A stretch of DNA of 26,902 nucleotides from a virus (Duplodnaviria > Caudoviricetes). This document shows positions 25,643-26,902 of the stretch, in pieces. A program made the position numbers and the translations under genes. Below the pieces are notes generated by a model. That model made no database searches. It saw only the letters and a list, made by a program, of their open reading frames with translations, and was not told the origin of the DNA. The stretch spans positions 1 to 26,902 of the IMG/VR virus record IMGVR_UViG_3300044801_000107; one strand, given 5' to 3'. The stretch's first letter is position 1. Each line of letters begins with the position of its first letter.

Positions 25643-25846
25643 CTATAGCCTTCGTTTATCGATTTCCAGTTGATTCGGGCCACATTTACGATGCCAACAA
25701 ATCCAACCACTGTTTTCTAGATACACTGCCCTTCTTTTTCTTAATATGAGACATTTCGCTCCACAGTGTTCTAGTATTCCGTTACTACGAGTGTAGTATT
25801 CCATGTTATAGTTACAGGTGATACATGGTACTTCTCTTAGGCTCAT
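25643..25846 (-). CDS. Cys-rich microprotein
   Basis: CITC...C...C...C; GAGGGAG upstream. Confidence 0.65.
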   Translation of the reverse strand: MSLREVPCITCNYNMEYYTRSNGILEHCGAKCLILRKRRAVYLENSGWICWHRKCGPNQLEIDKRRL

Positions 25847-25869
25847 TATTCTGCTCCCTCGCGGATTTT

Positions 25870-26052
25870 TTAGTATTCATACGCCATATCTTGCGGGATT
25901 AGATTTCGAGTCTCTAGCTCTATTATAATTAATCTCATTAAGGCTAAAAGGTCGTCTTCGCCTACGTCGGATATTTCTAAGTCTATAGCGTCGTTAATAT
26001 ACACACTATTATTGTGAAATGTTTTTATAATAAATTGTGTGTCGTTAGTCAT
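25870..26052 (-). CDS. Hypothetical protein
   Basis: 60 aa ORF in run. Confidence 0.6.
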   Translation of the reverse strand: MTNDTQFIIKTFHNNSVYINDAIDLEISDVGEDDLLALMRLIIIELETRNLIPQDMAYEY

Positions 26053-26073
26053 TTCTTCTCACGCGCGAATTTT

Positions 26074-26292
26074 TCACTCATAATGCTCGTAACCGAAGCG
26101 TTCTGCCTCTTCGGGCGTTATTTTTTGAACGTAATTAACCCAATAACCTCTTCCGTCTTTATCTTTCGTAACGCTTGCACTATTAATGTCTTTAAGTTTA
26201 AAATACCATTTCCTAGCTTCTTCTTCTGTGTCGAATAAAAGACTTGTTTCGCCGTTTCTAATGGTAAAATTCATTAAGCCGCTCTCATTCAT
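26074..26292 (-). CDS. Hypothetical protein
   Basis: GAGG upstream. Confidence 0.65.
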   Translation of the reverse strand: MNESGLMNFTIRNGETSLLFDTEEEARKWYFKLKDINSASVTKDKDGRGYWVNYVQKITPEEAERFGYEHYE

Positions 26293-26311
26293 TCATCCTC
26301 TCGCGAATTTT

Positions 26312-26536
26312 TTAATCATACGGGCCAAATTTAATGTCGTTTATGACCTCTCTTTTTTCGTTTATGATGCAACAGCCGCCATGAAACATTCCGCGCCAAA
26401 AGGTGTGTGGAAACTTCATAGGAGTAAATTTTAAACACTCTTTATCGTGAATCTTTATGTCATTAGGGGCGCTAAACGCACACGGGGGCCAATAGTTAGG
26501 TACTACGTTATTTTCGCAACCTTCACAATTCGGCAT
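26312..26536 (-). CDS. Cys4 microprotein
   Basis: CEGCEN...C...CLKF; GAGGA RBS. Confidence 0.65.
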   Translation of the reverse strand: MPNCEGCENNVVPNYWPPCAFSAPNDIKIHDKECLKFTPMKFPHTFWRGMFHGGCCIINEKREVINDIKFGPYD

Positions 26537-26554
26537 GTTCTTTCCTCGCGGATT

Positions 26555-26809
26555 TTAGTAGAATACCTCGCTTTTTATCGTCGGTTCGCCATTATCGAAT
26601 TTAGTACACGTTTGATTAAATTCTGCTTTGCTTATATCCATATTCTTAGTGCAGATGAATATTCTAGAAATTCGTTCTTTACCTACTATATCATCTTCGA
26701 CTAGTAGGTTTTTACAGGAGTTACAGTTTGTCATTTTATTTCTCATGCGCGAATTTTTCTCTATGAAGCCGTAATGCGCTTTATTTAGCATCCGTCTATA
26801 TCGTCCCAT
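26555..26809 (-). CDS. Cys4 microprotein
   Basis: CNSCKNL...C...CTKF. Confidence 0.6.
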   Translation of the reverse strand: MGRYRRMLNKAHYGFIEKNSRMRNKMTNCNSCKNLLVEDDIVGKERISRIFICTKNMDISKAEFNQTCTKFDNGEPTIKSEVFY

Positions 26810-26902
26810 AAATCTCTTAAGTTAAATCCGCCAAGTAGCTCGTGAATATCGCAAGAAGCTTTCTTAATGCGGTCTAGTTTGTTCTCTAGGTCGTGTATAT
26901 CA

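Noticed and set aside
1-26902. CRISPR array, integrase/transposase, reverse transcriptase or DGR
   Set aside because: No repeat-spacer array or catalytic motifs seen. The HNH gene similarity is ordinary paralogy, not an adenine-specific TR/VR pair.
1-26902. Stop-codon recoding (e.g. TAG read-through) as a cause of the many short ORFs
   Set aside because: Long conserved genes are intact in the standard code. TAG ends plausible genes (1604, 6247, 10991), and short ORFs show ATGA/TAATG coupling typical of real small genes.

Overview
Fragment of a head-tailed (Caudoviricetes-like) virus or provirus, very probably of an archaeal host. The host call rests on BRE+TATA promoters, GAGGTGA-type ribosome-binding sites, oligo-T terminators, an archaeal-type Holliday-junction-resolvase-like gene, and many RHH and Cys-rich microproteins. 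Nearly all coding is on the - strand. Recognisable genes: an HK97-type prohead protease with a long extension (runs off the left end and is missed by the ORF track), an HK97-type portal, three HNH endonucleases, a MuF/gp7 head protein fused to an R-S-E ADP-ribosyltransferase with a coupled candidate immunity gene, a stand-alone zincin domain, a papain-like peptidase with lectin-like repeats, a nuclease-only terminase large subunit, a T5orf172/GIY-YIG-like protein, a YkgJ-like protein, a secreted Ig-like protein and a probable Sm/Hfq-like protein. The most striking feature is a ~1.3 kb gene-free island (~24080-25375). It is packed with nested helices whose G-U pairs all point to the + strand, and it follows a TATA box: a candidate very large, ornate non-coding RNA transcribed against the viral genes. 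All family assignments come from motif recognition by eye; no searches or folding programs were run.
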